Source: Methanothermus fervidus DSM 2088
GTDB taxonomy: Archaea > Methanobacteriota > Methanobacteria > DSM-2088 > Methanothermaceae
Direction: 5' to 3'
Assembly: GCA_000166095.1 (NCBI GenBank)
Contig: CP002278.1
Location: forward strand, 720,001-752,000
Length of the DNA: 32,000 nt
Part shown: positions 1 to 9,236 of the stretch, in pieces
Numbering within the stretch: position 1 is the first letter of the stretch
Layout: each line of letters starts with the position of its first letter
Position numbers and translations under genes: made by a program
The notes under the pieces: generated by a model
Seen by the model: the letters and a program-made list of their open reading frames with translations, nothing else
What the model was told of the DNA's origin: nothing
Databases searched by the model: none

Positions 1-121
1 AGAGAAACAATATATCATAGCCTTTTTTAACCTTTTTTAAAATTTCTTTTTCTAAACTTTCTCTATTCTCTATTTTTAATTCATAAACACTTTCAATAAC
101 ATCTAATTCTTCTATTTTCAT
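1..121 (-). CDS. Partial CDS (5' end in window, runs off left edge), unknown function
   Basis: ATG at 121-119 overlaps the TGA (120-118) of the upstream gene as ATGA. The frame stays open to position 1 and translates MKIEELDVIESVYELKIENRESLEKEILKKVKKGYDILFL... No family recognised. Confidence 0.4.
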   Translation of the reverse strand, partial: MKIEELDVIESVYELKIENRESLEKEILKKVKKGYDILFL

Positions 122-549
122 AATTTTATTTTCTTTTTTCCTGGTTTTGGTTTTAGAGAATATACTTCTTCTACATCGACCAATATTGCAGCTTGTGGTT
201 TAATTTTTTCTCCAAACCTTTCTTTTACCATGCTTTTTACTTCATCAAAATATTTTCCTTCTTTTATTACTGAAGCAGATCCTTTCACAAGATATCCATC
301 ATAGTAAATTGCTGAAGCTACAGCCACTTTTGAACCATTCTCTATATTTTCCAATGTTTTTTTAGCAAAATTTATAGAAATTAGTATTTTATTTTTATTT
401 ATAACTTTAGAAAAGCAAATTGGAGCCAGATGTGGATTTCCCTCATTATCAGTAGTTGCAACCCATATTAAGGGTTTATTCTTATCACAATATTCATTAT
501 TAAACATTTCTATAATTTTCTTTGATAACTTAACCATCTTTGTCACCAT
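118..549 (-). CDS. Pyridoxamine 5'-phosphate oxidase-like FMN-binding split-barrel protein
   Basis: 143 aa. The pattern PLIWVATTDNEGNPHLAPICF...ILISINFAKKTLENIENGSKVAV is typical of the PNPOx/flavin-reductase-like split-barrel family. Confidence 0.6.
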   Translation of the reverse strand: MVTKMVKLSKKIIEMFNNEYCDKNKPLIWVATTDNEGNPHLAPICFSKVINKNKILISINFAKKTLENIENGSKVAVASAIYYDGYLVKGSASVIKEGKYFDEVKSMVKERFGEKIKPQAAILVDVEEVYSLKPKPGKKKIKL

Positions 550-626
550 AATTAGTTTAATCTTTCTTTTTAATGAATTTTTTTAATATTTTAAAAGTAA
601 AACATGATACTGCAATAATAAAAAAT

Positions 627-1466
627 TTAGAGATCTTTTTCAATTTCTAAACTAAGATCTAAAGCTGGAGCTGAATGTGTTATAAATCCTAATGAAATTA
701 CATCTACACCTGTACGTGCATAATCCTGAACTGTGTTTGGTTTAATATTTCCGGAAGCCTCTAATATAACTTTATTTCTTAGATTTCTTTTCTTTAATTC
801 ATTAATAACCATTTTAATTTCTTTTGGAGACATATTGTCTAAAAGAATTATATCTGCCCCTAGTTTGGCAGCTAAAATTGCATCATTTATGTTTTCAACT
901 TCAACTTCTATTTTTTTTGTAAAACTTACTTTCTTCTTCAACATTTTCATTGCCTTCTCCAATCCCACCAAGGCTAAATGATTATCCTTTATCATTGCAC
1001 AATCATCCAACCTGAATCTATGAGTGTCACCACCACCTATTTTCACTGCTAATTTTTCTAACCATTGCATGCCCGGAGTTGTTTTTCTTGTACATGCAAC
1101 TATTACTTTTGGGTTTACACTTTTAACTTTATTGACAATTTTATTTGTAATGGTAGCAATGCCACTCATTCTCATCATTATATTTAACACGCTTCTTTCC
1201 AATGTTAGAATCTTGCGTGCATTTCCTTTAATACGCATCACACATTCATCTTTAGCAACTTTTTCACCGTCATCTTTATAAGTTATACATTCTAAATTAA
1301 AATCTTTGAAAATCTCTTCAGCTATCCTAACACCAGCTATTATTCCTTCCTCTCTTGCAAGTATTTTTGCGCTAGCTTTCATATTTTTCTTGATAATTGA
1401 ATTAGTTGTAATATCTTCGACACCAATATCTTCCATTATGTATTTCTTCAAATATTCAATCATCAT
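627..1466 (-). CDS. nadC: Nicotinate-nucleotide (quinolinate) phosphoribosyltransferase
   Basis: 279 aa with an N-terminal DIGVEDITT motif, TRKTTPG, GGGDTHRFRLDD..MIKDNH and a C-terminal TIM-barrel GVDVISLG. This is classic NadC. Confidence 0.9.
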   Translation of the reverse strand: MMIEYLKKYIMEDIGVEDITTNSIIKKNMKASAKILAREEGIIAGVRIAEEIFKDFNLECITYKDDGEKVAKDECVMRIKGNARKILTLERSVLNIMMRMSGIATITNKIVNKVKSVNPKVIVACTRKTTPGMQWLEKLAVKIGGGDTHRFRLDDCAMIKDNHLALVGLEKAMKMLKKKVSFTKKIEVEVENINDAILAAKLGADIILLDNMSPKEIKMVINELKKRNLRNKVILEASGNIKPNTVQDYARTGVDVISLGFITHSAPALDLSLEIEKDL

Positions 1467-1499
1467 ATTTTAGAGATATTTTCATTGGAGGAGATATAT

Positions 1500-2486
1500 A
1501 TGATGGAAGTTGTATTTTTAGGAACATCATCTGCAGTACCTTCCAAATATAGGAATCATGCAAGTATAGCAATTAAAGGATTTGGAGAAATATTTTTATT
1601 TGATTGTGGGGAAGGTACTCAGAGGCAAATGGCAATAGCAAAAGTAAGTCCAATGAAAGTTAAAAGAATATTTATTTCACATTTACATGGAGACCATATT
1701 TTAGGCATTCCTGGTTTAATACAATCTATGGGCTTTAGAAATAGAAAGAAACCATTAACTATATATGGACCACCAGGTATTAAAGAAGTAAAGGAAGCAA
1801 TGATGAAACTTGGTGAATTTTCTATTGATTTTGACATTAATGTAAAGGAAATTAAAAATGAAGGAATAGTATTTGAAAATGAAAAATACAAAATAGAATG
1901 TATTAAAACAAAACATACTACTGAAAACTATTCCTATTCTATCGAAGAGAAAAAAAGACCACGGTTTTTAAGAGAGAAAGCAATAAAATTAGGAGTGAAA
2001 CCAGGACCTGCATTCAGCAAATTGCACAGAGGCATACCTGTAAAAGTTGGAGACAGAATCGTAAAACCTGAGGAAGTACTTGGAAAACCTAGAAAGGGGA
2101 TAAAAGTTGTATATTCTGGAGATACAGTTCCTCATGAAAAAATGATTGAATTTGCTAAAGATGCTGATCTATTAATTCATGATTCTACATTTGAAGCTGG
2201 AAAAGAAAATAAAGCGTTGGAAACTGGTCATTCAACTGCAAAAGACGCTGCTAAAATAGCTAAAGAAGCCAATGTTAAGTATCTTGTGTTAACGCACTTA
2301 AGTACAAGATATAGAGAAGCAAAAAAAATAGAAAATGACGCAAAAAAAATATTTAAAAAATCAATAGTTGCAGAGGATTTGATGTCAATTACAATAGTAA
2401 GGAAAGAGATAAGAGAAATAAAAAGAAGAATACTTGAAATAAATGAAGAAACAATTCCAAGAAGTGAGTTGAAGTTTAATGATTAA
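1500..2486 (+). CDS. rnz: Ribonuclease Z (tRNA 3' endonuclease, metallo-beta-lactamase fold)
   Basis: MEVVFLGTSSAVPS...HLHGDH...HSTAKDAA...LTHLSTRY. The ORF-track start at 1485 is a TTG. The ATG at 1500 follows GGAGGAG (1487-1493) at good spacing, so I prefer it. Confidence 0.9.
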   Translation: MMEVVFLGTSSAVPSKYRNHASIAIKGFGEIFLFDCGEGTQRQMAIAKVSPMKVKRIFISHLHGDHILGIPGLIQSMGFRNRKKPLTIYGPPGIKEVKEAMMKLGEFSIDFDINVKEIKNEGIVFENEKYKIECIKTKHTTENYSYSIEEKKRPRFLREKAIKLGVKPGPAFSKLHRGIPVKVGDRIVKPEEVLGKPRKGIKVVYSGDTVPHEKMIEFAKDADLLIHDSTFEAGKENKALETGHSTAKDAAKIAKEANVKYLVLTHLSTRYREAKKIENDAKKIFKKSIVAEDLMSITIVRKEIREIKRRILEINEETIPRSELKFND

Positions 2487-3243
2487 GATCAACTTTGAAA
2501 TATTACTGAAAAATTGTATTTTATCATTATTAACCATAATTGTTGCGGTTTTCCTTGTTAGACTTTTCTCACATTTCATAAGAAAGGCTGGAAAAGATCT
2601 GGAGTTAGACATTACAGCAGTTCATATAATTTTAGATATTACAAAGTATGGAATATATTTTGCTACTGCAATAGTTGTTTTAAGGATATTTGGAATAGAT
2701 ATAACTGCTATCATATTAAGTTTAGGTATATTAAGCGTAGCAATAAGTTTTGCAGCTCGTGATACTTTATCTAATTTTATTTCTGGAATGTTTATACTTT
2801 TAGATAAAAGTTTTAAAGTAGGTGACATAATAGAAATAACAGATAAAAAAGGAAAGGTTATAAAATTAGGAATTAGAAATACAATAATACTTACTTCCAA
2901 TAATGAAATTGTTGTTGTGCCTAATTCTTTATTTTCAAAGTCTGCATATATCAATTATACAAAAGCAGGAGTTAGAAGAATAGAATTACCAATAGAAATT
3001 TCAAATAATATTAAAATTAACGAATTAAAGAGAAAATTAAGACAAGAAATAAAGAATATGGGATGGGCTTTAGATAATCCAAAACCTAAAATTCTTGTGG
3101 AAGAAGTAAAAGACGACACTACAAAGTATAGAATTGTTGTATGGAGTAAACATCCTTCTAAAATAGACGTCCATAAATCATTGTTAGCAGAAATTGTTAA
3201 AAAAACAATTAATGAAGTTAAAGGTGGACAAAATGAATTATAG
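2479..3243 (+). CDS. Small-conductance mechanosensitive channel (MscS family)
   Basis: 254 aa. N-terminal TM helices are followed by LSNFISGMFILLDKSFKVGDIIEI...G.V..I..R.T, the MscS beta-domain signature. It overlaps the rnz stop by 8 nt. Confidence 0.85.
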   Translation: MIKINFEILLKNCILSLLTIIVAVFLVRLFSHFIRKAGKDLELDITAVHIILDITKYGIYFATAIVVLRIFGIDITAIILSLGILSVAISFAARDTLSNFISGMFILLDKSFKVGDIIEITDKKGKVIKLGIRNTIILTSNNEIVVVPNSLFSKSAYINYTKAGVRRIELPIEISNNIKINELKRKLRQEIKNMGWALDNPKPKILVEEVKDDTTKYRIVVWSKHPSKIDVHKSLLAEIVKKTINEVKGGQNEL

Positions 3244-3811
3244 AGTCTATGCTTTTTTAATCTTATTTATATCTTTTATTTTTGCCTCCTTCATTTTTTT
3301 AAAAGCTTATTTAAATCATCAAAAAATTATAAAATATAAAGAAATTGTTAAAGAACATGGAAATCAGCGCCTTTCATCTCCTAGTATATATGCTGTACCA
3401 CAACGAAATGTAATTGGAAGATTAGTAATTCCAAAGATTGGTTTAGATTGTCTAATAAAAGAAACATCGGTAAATGATTATAATACTGTGTATCATTATC
3501 CAGAAAGTGCAGGATTAGGTGAAAACGGAGAATGTGCACTTTTAGGTCATAGGACATTATTTTCTGGACCTTTTAAAAGAATTGGTGAGTTGTCACCAGG
3601 AGACGAAGTTATAGTTTATGATTATACACGTTCAAGGAAATATATCTATGTAGTTGTTTCAAATGGTGAGGATATAAGATGGGATTACAAAAATAATCCA
3701 ATAAGATTTGAACATGGTGGTGAACCACGTTTATTGCTTATAACATGTTATCCTCCTGGAAGAAAAGATGCAGCATGGATAACACATTGTATATTAATAA
3801 AAAGTTATTAA
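3233..3811 (+). CDS. Sortase-family transpeptidase (membrane-anchored)
   Basis: N-terminal TM helix (YAFLILFISFIFASFIFL), a catalytic His context LLGHRTLF, and a Cys context LLLITCYP followed by a conserved Arg. The ATG at 3233 is preceded by AAGGTGG (3221-3227). The longer track start at 3194 lies inside the MscS gene. Confidence 0.75.
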   Translation: MNYRVYAFLILFISFIFASFIFLKAYLNHQKIIKYKEIVKEHGNQRLSSPSIYAVPQRNVIGRLVIPKIGLDCLIKETSVNDYNTVYHYPESAGLGENGECALLGHRTLFSGPFKRIGELSPGDEVIVYDYTRSRKYIYVVVSNGEDIRWDYKNNPIRFEHGGEPRLLLITCYPPGRKDAAWITHCILIKSY

Positions 3812-3815
3812 GGGG

Positions 3816-4739
3816 ATGGGTTTTGTGGAAATACAGGAAGAAATAGAGGAAATTAAAAAAGAAAAAAATGCTATCATACTTGCACATAATTACCAACCTA
3901 AAGAGATACAGGAAATAGCTGATTTTATAGGTGATTCTTTAGAACTTTGTTTAAAAATAACTAAAATAAAAGATAAAGACATGGTAGTATTTTGTGGCGT
4001 TGATTTTATGGCTGAAACAGCGTATATTTTGAGCCCTGATAAAAAAATATTAATACCAGACCCTGCTGCTGAATGTCAGATGGCACACATGCTTAAAGTA
4101 AGTGATATTAAGAAAGCTAAGAAAAAATACCCTGATGCAGCTGTAGTTTTATATGTAAATACTTTAGCTGAGGCAAAAGCAGAAGCAGATATCATATGTA
4201 CATCTGCAAATGCTGTTGAGGTTGTAAATAGTTTGGATGAAGATACTATAATATTTGGACCTGATAGAAATTTAGCCATGTATGTTGCAAAAAATACTGA
4301 CAAAAAAATTATACCTGTGCCTGAAGATGGGCATTGTTATGTACATAAAATGTTTAAGCCTGAACATTTCATACGTTTAAAAGAGAAATATCCGGATGCT
4401 GAAATTCTTGTTCATCCAGAATGTGACCCTGAAGTTCAGGAGTTAGCTGACCATATTTTAAGTACAGGTGGAATGATAAGAAGAACTATGGAATCTGATT
4501 CAAAAGAATTCATCATTGGTACTGAAGTTGATTTATGTACTAGAATAGAGAGAGAAGTACCTAATAAAAAGGCAATTCCTGCATATAAGGAAGCAATTTG
4601 TGAAGAAATGAAGTATCATAGTTTAAAGAAATTAAGGAATTCATTGATAGAAGAAAAATATGAAGTCAAAGTTCCAAAAAAGATTGCCAAAAAAGCTAAA
4701 AGTGCAATAAATCGAATGATTGAAATCTTCAATAAGTGA
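3816..4739 (+). CDS. nadA: Quinolinate synthase
   Basis: 307 aa with AIILAHNYQ, FCGVDFMAETA, VLYVNT, CTSANA and ILVHPEC, which are NadA three-domain motifs. Confidence 0.9.
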   Translation: MGFVEIQEEIEEIKKEKNAIILAHNYQPKEIQEIADFIGDSLELCLKITKIKDKDMVVFCGVDFMAETAYILSPDKKILIPDPAAECQMAHMLKVSDIKKAKKKYPDAAVVLYVNTLAEAKAEADIICTSANAVEVVNSLDEDTIIFGPDRNLAMYVAKNTDKKIIPVPEDGHCYVHKMFKPEHFIRLKEKYPDAEILVHPECDPEVQELADHILSTGGMIRRTMESDSKEFIIGTEVDLCTRIEREVPNKKAIPAYKEAICEEMKYHSLKKLRNSLIEEKYEVKVPKKIAKKAKSAINRMIEIFNK

Positions 4740-4754
4740 TAAGGAGGTAATAAT

Positions 4755-5960
4755 TTGGAATTTGAGGTTGTGGAATTAAAAGGCCATATAATAGATTCAA
4801 ATATTCTGTCACAAGTTTTGGATAAAATAATAATGATGGGTGGGGATTTTGAAATAGAAAAGCTTGATGTTGGAAAAACAAATGAAGATGAGAGTTATGC
4901 GAGACTCATAGTTAAAGGTGAAAATATAGATGAAATTTTAGGTGAAATTCAACAATTAGGTGCGATAGTTCCAACAAAAGAAGTCAAAACAAAAAAAGCA
5001 CCAAAAGATGGGGTTTTACCAGACAATTTTTATGCCACTACAAATTTACCAACTTATGTAAGGATAGATGGAGAATGGAAAAAAGTTAGAGATATTGAGA
5101 TGGACTGTGTTATAGTAATTAAAGAAGAAAATGGAGAAAAAATACCTGTTTGTAAAAGGATGGGATTGGTTAAGAAAGGAGAGGAAGTAGTTGTTGGATA
5201 TGAAGGAATAAAAGTAATACCTTTAGAAAAAGAAAGGAGTAGAGAAATTTTTGGTTTCATGCAAAGTGAAGTTTCACCAGAAAAACCATTAGATTATTAT
5301 TCAAAAGTGATTGCCAAAGAAATGAAAAAAATAAAGAAAAATAATGGAAAGATTGTCTGGGTTGTTGGTACTGCAATTGCACATACCCGAGCACATAGAA
5401 TTTTAGAAAGATTCGTAAGGGAAGGCTATGTAGATGCATTGTTTTGTGGAAATGGGTTTGCAACAATGGACATTGAATATGCATTATTTAAAACAACTTT
5501 GGGAATGAATGATAGAGCTAAAGTTGTAAAAGGCGGATATAAAAGTCATTTAGTTGCTATAAATGAAATATCAAAGGCAGGAGGCATAAAAAAAGCTGTT
5601 GAAAAGGGAATAATAAATAAGGGAGTATTTTATGAATGTGTAAAAAATAATGTTCCATACGTGATAGGAGGATCTTTAAGAGATGATGGACCACTTGTAG
5701 ATACAATAACTGATGTCATGGAAGCACAGGATGAAATGCGTAAATATGCTAAAAAATCAGATATGTGTATAATACTAGCTACAATGTTACATGGCATTGC
5801 CACAGGTAATATTTTACCTGCCAGAGTTAAAACTGTTTGTGTGGATATGAATCCCTATGTTGTGACTAGACTTCAGGATAGAGGTAGTCATCAAGCTTTA
5901 GGAGTGGTTTCTGATCCTTGTGCATTCCTTCATATATTGGAAAAAGACCTATTATCATAA
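4755..5960 (+). CDS. TIGR00300 / LOR-SDH-type protein, possibly ornithine cyclodeaminase-like
   Basis: 401 aa. The N-terminus LKGHIIDSNILSQVLDKI is typical of the LOR/SDH N-terminal domain family conserved in archaea. TTG start at 4755 with AAGGAGGT at 4741-4748. The specific activity is not certain. Confidence 0.55.
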   Translation: MEFEVVELKGHIIDSNILSQVLDKIIMMGGDFEIEKLDVGKTNEDESYARLIVKGENIDEILGEIQQLGAIVPTKEVKTKKAPKDGVLPDNFYATTNLPTYVRIDGEWKKVRDIEMDCVIVIKEENGEKIPVCKRMGLVKKGEEVVVGYEGIKVIPLEKERSREIFGFMQSEVSPEKPLDYYSKVIAKEMKKIKKNNGKIVWVVGTAIAHTRAHRILERFVREGYVDALFCGNGFATMDIEYALFKTTLGMNDRAKVVKGGYKSHLVAINEISKAGGIKKAVEKGIINKGVFYECVKNNVPYVIGGSLRDDGPLVDTITDVMEAQDEMRKYAKKSDMCIILATMLHGIATGNILPARVKTVCVDMNPYVVTRLQDRGSHQALGVVSDPCAFLHILEKDLLS

Positions 5961-6008
5961 AAAAATTTAAATTCTTAAAAAATTGTAAAACAAATTTGGA
6001 GGGATTAT

Positions 6009-7109
6009 ATGAAAACGACTATTAGTGTTATAAAGGCAGATATTGGAAGTGTAGCTGGACATGTTGTTGCACATAAAGCCCTTAAAGACAAATGTAGAGA
6101 AGTACTGTCAAAGGCAAAGGAAGATGGAATTATAGAGGACTTTTATGTCACAAATTGTGGTGACGATGTAAACCTTATAATGACACATAGAAGAGGAGAA
6201 GATGATGAAGAGGTGCATAGGACTGCATGGGAAGCATTCAAGGAAGCAACTAAAGTTTCTAAAAAGATGAAATTATATGGTGCTGGACAAGATTTACTAT
6301 CTGACACTTTTTCAGGTAATGTAAAGGGTTTAGGACCTGGATGTGCAGAAATGGAGTTTAAAGAAAGACCTAGTGACCCTGTAGTTGTGTTTTGTTGTGA
6401 TAAAACAGAGCCAGGAGCATTTAATTTACCACTCTTCAGAATATTTGCTGATCCATTTAACACAGCTGGTTTAGTTATTGATCCTTCTCTACACAAAGGA
6501 TATAAATTTGAGGTATATGATGTGATAGACCACAAAAGAGTGATGATGTCATGTCCAGAAGAGATGTATGATTTACTTGCTCTTTTAGGATCAATTAGTA
6601 GATATGTGATAAAGAAAATCTACAGGAAGAAAGATGATGAAATAGCTGCCTCAGTAAGCACTGAAAGATTAAACTTAATAGCAGGGAAATACATAGGAAA
6701 AGATGACCCTGTGGCAATAGTTAGGGCACAATCAGGATTTCCAGCAACTGGTGAAATATTAGAAGCGTTTGCCCAACCACATCTAGTTGGAGGATGGATG
6801 AGAGGATCACATAATGGTCCTTTAATGCCAGTATCTGAAAAAGATGCAGTTCCAACAAGATTTGATGGACCACCACGTGTTATGGCATTAGGTTTCCAAA
6901 TATCTGAATGTAAATTAATAGGACCTATCGATTTGTTTGATGACCCTATCTTTGAGCGTTCAAGGAGATTAGCAGCAAATATATCTGAATATATGAGGCG
7001 TCATGGGCCATTTGAGCCACATAGGTTACCTAGTGATGAGATGGAATATACAACTTTACCAGATGTACTTAAAAAATTGAAAGATAGATTTGAGGACATA
7101 GAGGATTAA
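6009..7109 (+). CDS. fbp: Bifunctional fructose-1,6-bisphosphate aldolase/phosphatase (class V FBPase)
   Basis: 366 aa. The N-terminus MKTTISVIKADIGSVAGH and the overall length and pattern match the archaeal FBP aldolase/phosphatase family. RBS GGAGGG lies upstream. Confidence 0.92.
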   Translation: MKTTISVIKADIGSVAGHVVAHKALKDKCREVLSKAKEDGIIEDFYVTNCGDDVNLIMTHRRGEDDEEVHRTAWEAFKEATKVSKKMKLYGAGQDLLSDTFSGNVKGLGPGCAEMEFKERPSDPVVVFCCDKTEPGAFNLPLFRIFADPFNTAGLVIDPSLHKGYKFEVYDVIDHKRVMMSCPEEMYDLLALLGSISRYVIKKIYRKKDDEIAASVSTERLNLIAGKYIGKDDPVAIVRAQSGFPATGEILEAFAQPHLVGGWMRGSHNGPLMPVSEKDAVPTRFDGPPRVMALGFQISECKLIGPIDLFDDPIFERSRRLAANISEYMRRHGPFEPHRLPSDEMEYTTLPDVLKKLKDRFEDIED

Positions 7110-7753
7110 GAAAGTAAAGTGTTTGAACATTTTAAAATTTCTTTAGGAATATCTACAACTTGTTTGACATTGTCTATAATTACGCTGTCGCTTGTTGCAA
7201 CAACGTTTCCTTTCTTACCTTCTTTTTTTAAAATATAGTCTACTTTATTAGATAAAATAACTTCTCCATTGACTTTGTGTTTTGACATGCAAGCCCTAAT
7301 TCTTTTTGCTAATTCACCACTAAAACTTACATTTTTGTCAAGATAAAATACAACATATTTAGGTTGATATTTCTTTAAAGTAGTTATTATAGCTTTGAGA
7401 GCTTTATATGTAGTAGTAGATATCTTATGTTTTCCAAATACAGCACTACAATCCCTTAAAAATCCATCTTGGGCAATGAATATATCCTTTGAATTCCTAA
7501 TAATATTTTCCACTGTTATCAACACATTGTAACCATCAATAAGAAGTTTTTTGTTTTTAATATTTTTTAATTTAATAATTTTAGATTTCCTTTCCTTAAT
7601 TTTCCTCCTGGAAAAAACATGTCTAGAAAGATAATTTCTTTCTTTTTTTGAAAGTAAATAATGATCAGCAACAAATTTTAATGCAATAGTTTTCCTATAT
7701 CCTCTATCAAGTAAATATCTAAGATCTTTTATGGCTTCATCGATTTTTCCCAT
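7106..7753 (-). CDS. Conserved archaeal protein with YacP/NYN-like (PIN-like) nuclease domain (DUF434-type N-terminus)
   Basis: 215 aa. The N-terminal helical segment DLRYLLDRGYRK...ALKFVADHY resembles DUF434. LLIDGYNVLIT resembles the LLVDGYN motif of YacP/Rae1-type NYN domains. The stop codon shares the TTAA at 7106-7109 with the fbp stop. Confidence 0.5.
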   Translation of the reverse strand: MGKIDEAIKDLRYLLDRGYRKTIALKFVADHYLLSKKERNYLSRHVFSRRKIKERKSKIIKLKNIKNKKLLIDGYNVLITVENIIRNSKDIFIAQDGFLRDCSAVFGKHKISTTTYKALKAIITTLKKYQPKYVVFYLDKNVSFSGELAKRIRACMSKHKVNGEVILSNKVDYILKKEGKKGNVVATSDSVIIDNVKQVVDIPKEILKCSNTLLS

Positions 7754-7768
7754 CTTATCACAAAATTT

Positions 7769-8434
7769 TTAGCCTCTAATTTTCGCTGCAATTATGAGTA
7801 CACGGTCGGATGCATCTTCTGCTTGATCAGCTATATGACCTAGTTTTGTTGTTATTTCTTTAAGTCCCAGTAGTTTTACTGTTCCTATTTTTTTATTTTT
7901 ATAGAGTTTGAATAATTTTTTAATAATTTTCCTCTCAACTTTATCTGCATTTTCTTCTAGTTTTTCTGTTTCATGTGCTTTTTTAATGGCTTCTCCATAA
8001 TCTTTATCGAGGTTTTCCATACTCTTTTCAAATGCTTTTAATGTTTTATCTATAGCATCTATAAATTCCCTGAAATTTTTTTTAAGAATTTTCGGAAATC
8101 TTATTTTACTTAAAGATATCGAGAACGCCACAGATTCTATTGTATCAGCTATTTTATCTGTTTTTTCTGTAAGTAATATTCTATCCTCTCTGTCAAATGG
8201 TAAAAATGCACCTGAATAATATTTTAATTCCATTTTTCTTCTAACTTCGTCTGCTTCTCTTTCCAATTCTGATATTTTCTTGGCCAATTTTTCTACTTCA
8301 TCATAATTTCCTTCATAAAAGTTTTCCATCAAAAGTTTAAGTTTTTCATAACATTCGCCAACTAATTCCACATGTTTCTCAACAAATTTTTCGACTTCTG
8401 ATTCCCTATAAAATAAATTTTTTATTTTTTTCAT
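7769..8434 (-). CDS. DUF47 / TIGR00153 PhoU-like protein
   Basis: Helical-bundle pattern E.EAD..RR....... and H.AD.AED..D..., typical of the DUF47 (PhoU-like) family. I prefer the ATG at 8434, which overlaps the upstream stop as ATGA. The track start at 8494 lies inside the upstream gene. Confidence 0.7.
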   Translation of the reverse strand: MKKIKNLFYRESEVEKFVEKHVELVGECYEKLKLLMENFYEGNYDEVEKLAKKISELEREADEVRRKMELKYYSGAFLPFDREDRILLTEKTDKIADTIESVAFSISLSKIRFPKILKKNFREFIDAIDKTLKAFEKSMENLDKDYGEAIKKAHETEKLEENADKVERKIIKKLFKLYKNKKIGTVKLLGLKEITTKLGHIADQAEDASDRVLIIAAKIRG

Positions 8435-8667
8435 TCTAATCTCCCATGAAGAAATCTTAAAGAATCTATTAATCCATGTGCATAATTTATACACGCAAAA
8501 GATGTTAAATAATCTTTCTTTTTTAAATAAAAAATTGCATCTTTTTTATATCTTTTTGCAATGTCTATTATTTTTCTTTCTTTTTCATTAAGCTCTATAA
8601 CTTTTAGATCTTTTAAAACTTCCTCAAATAAATCTATATCTTTGTAAATTCTTTCCTTATATTTCAT
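8431..8667 (-). CDS. DUF357-like small protein
   Basis: About 78 aa with the C-terminal motif CINYAHGLIDSLR recalled from archaeal DUF357 proteins. The ATG at 8667 forms a TAATG junction with the stop of the upstream gene. Confidence 0.5.
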   Translation of the reverse strand: MKYKERIYKDIDLFEEVLKDLKVIELNEKERKIIDIAKRYKKDAIFYLKKKDYLTSFACINYAHGLIDSLRFLHGRLE

Positions 8668-9236
8668 TATTTTTTCACCGCTTTCCAAGTGTGGTGAATT
8701 CTCTGAAAGACAGTTATATATGATATCAGGAGGAGGAATATCATAAATATTGTCATTATTTTTAAGTTTACAAATTCTCCTAAAATAGAAGCTATAAATA
8801 TAATGATCAATCTTTCAGGCCTTTCAGCAATTCCTATTTCACAATTTACACCTATACTCTCAGACTTTGCGCGAACATAACTTATGGTGAAAAAAGAATG
8901 TAAAAGAAAAATTCCTAAAATCCAATTTATAAATCCTCCAAAGGTTATTCCTAAAACAATTGCTGCATCTGAAAATCTATCCATAACAGAATCTAAGAAT
9001 TCTCCGAATGGGGTGGGTCTAAATTTGATTCTTGCAACTGCACCATCTAACATGTCTAAAAATCCACTTATTCCCAAAACTATTGCTGCAAAAAATAAAT
9101 TTTTTGTTGCAAATAAATATCCAGCAATAAGTGCTAAAATAAATCCAAGGATGGTTATATAATCAGGGTGAAGATTTGTTCTTTCAGCTATAGGTTTTAT
9201 CATTTGGTTCATTTCTTTTTTAATTTTACTCAACAT
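8667..9236 (-). CDS. CDP-alcohol phosphatidyltransferase family enzyme (archaeal polar-lipid head-group synthase)
   Basis: 189 aa and polytopic. It carries the full D-x2-DG-x2-AR-x8-G-x3-D-x3-D motif (DMLDGAVARIKFRPTPFGEFLDSVMDRFSD). The alcohol substrate cannot be assigned from sequence alone. Confidence 0.85.
   Translation of the reverse strand: MLSKIKKEMNQMIKPIAERTNLHPDYITILGFILALIAGYLFATKNLFFAAIVLGISGFLDMLDGAVARIKFRPTPFGEFLDSVMDRFSDAAIVLGITFGGFINWILGIFLLHSFFTISYVRAKSESIGVNCEIGIAERPERLIIIFIASILGEFVNLKIMTIFMIFLLLISYITVFQRIHHTWKAVKK

Noticed and set aside
21-40. Tandem duplication CCTTTTTTAA x2
   Set aside because: It lies inside the partial minus-strand CDS, where it simply encodes the Lys-rich run KKVKKG. 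It is too short and too low in complexity to be meaningful.
733-1281. Plus-strand ORFs 733-981 and 1024-1281, antisense to nadC
   Set aside because: They lie entirely within the well-supported nadC gene on the opposite strand. Their translations are low-complexity Phe/Leu/Ile/Ser strings, typical of shadow ORFs in AT-rich DNA.
7106-7109. fbp and the convergent NYN-like gene share a TTAA so that their stop codons overlap
   Set aside because: This is real in the sequence but is a common consequence of genome compaction. It implies no terminator between the genes and has no evident special function.
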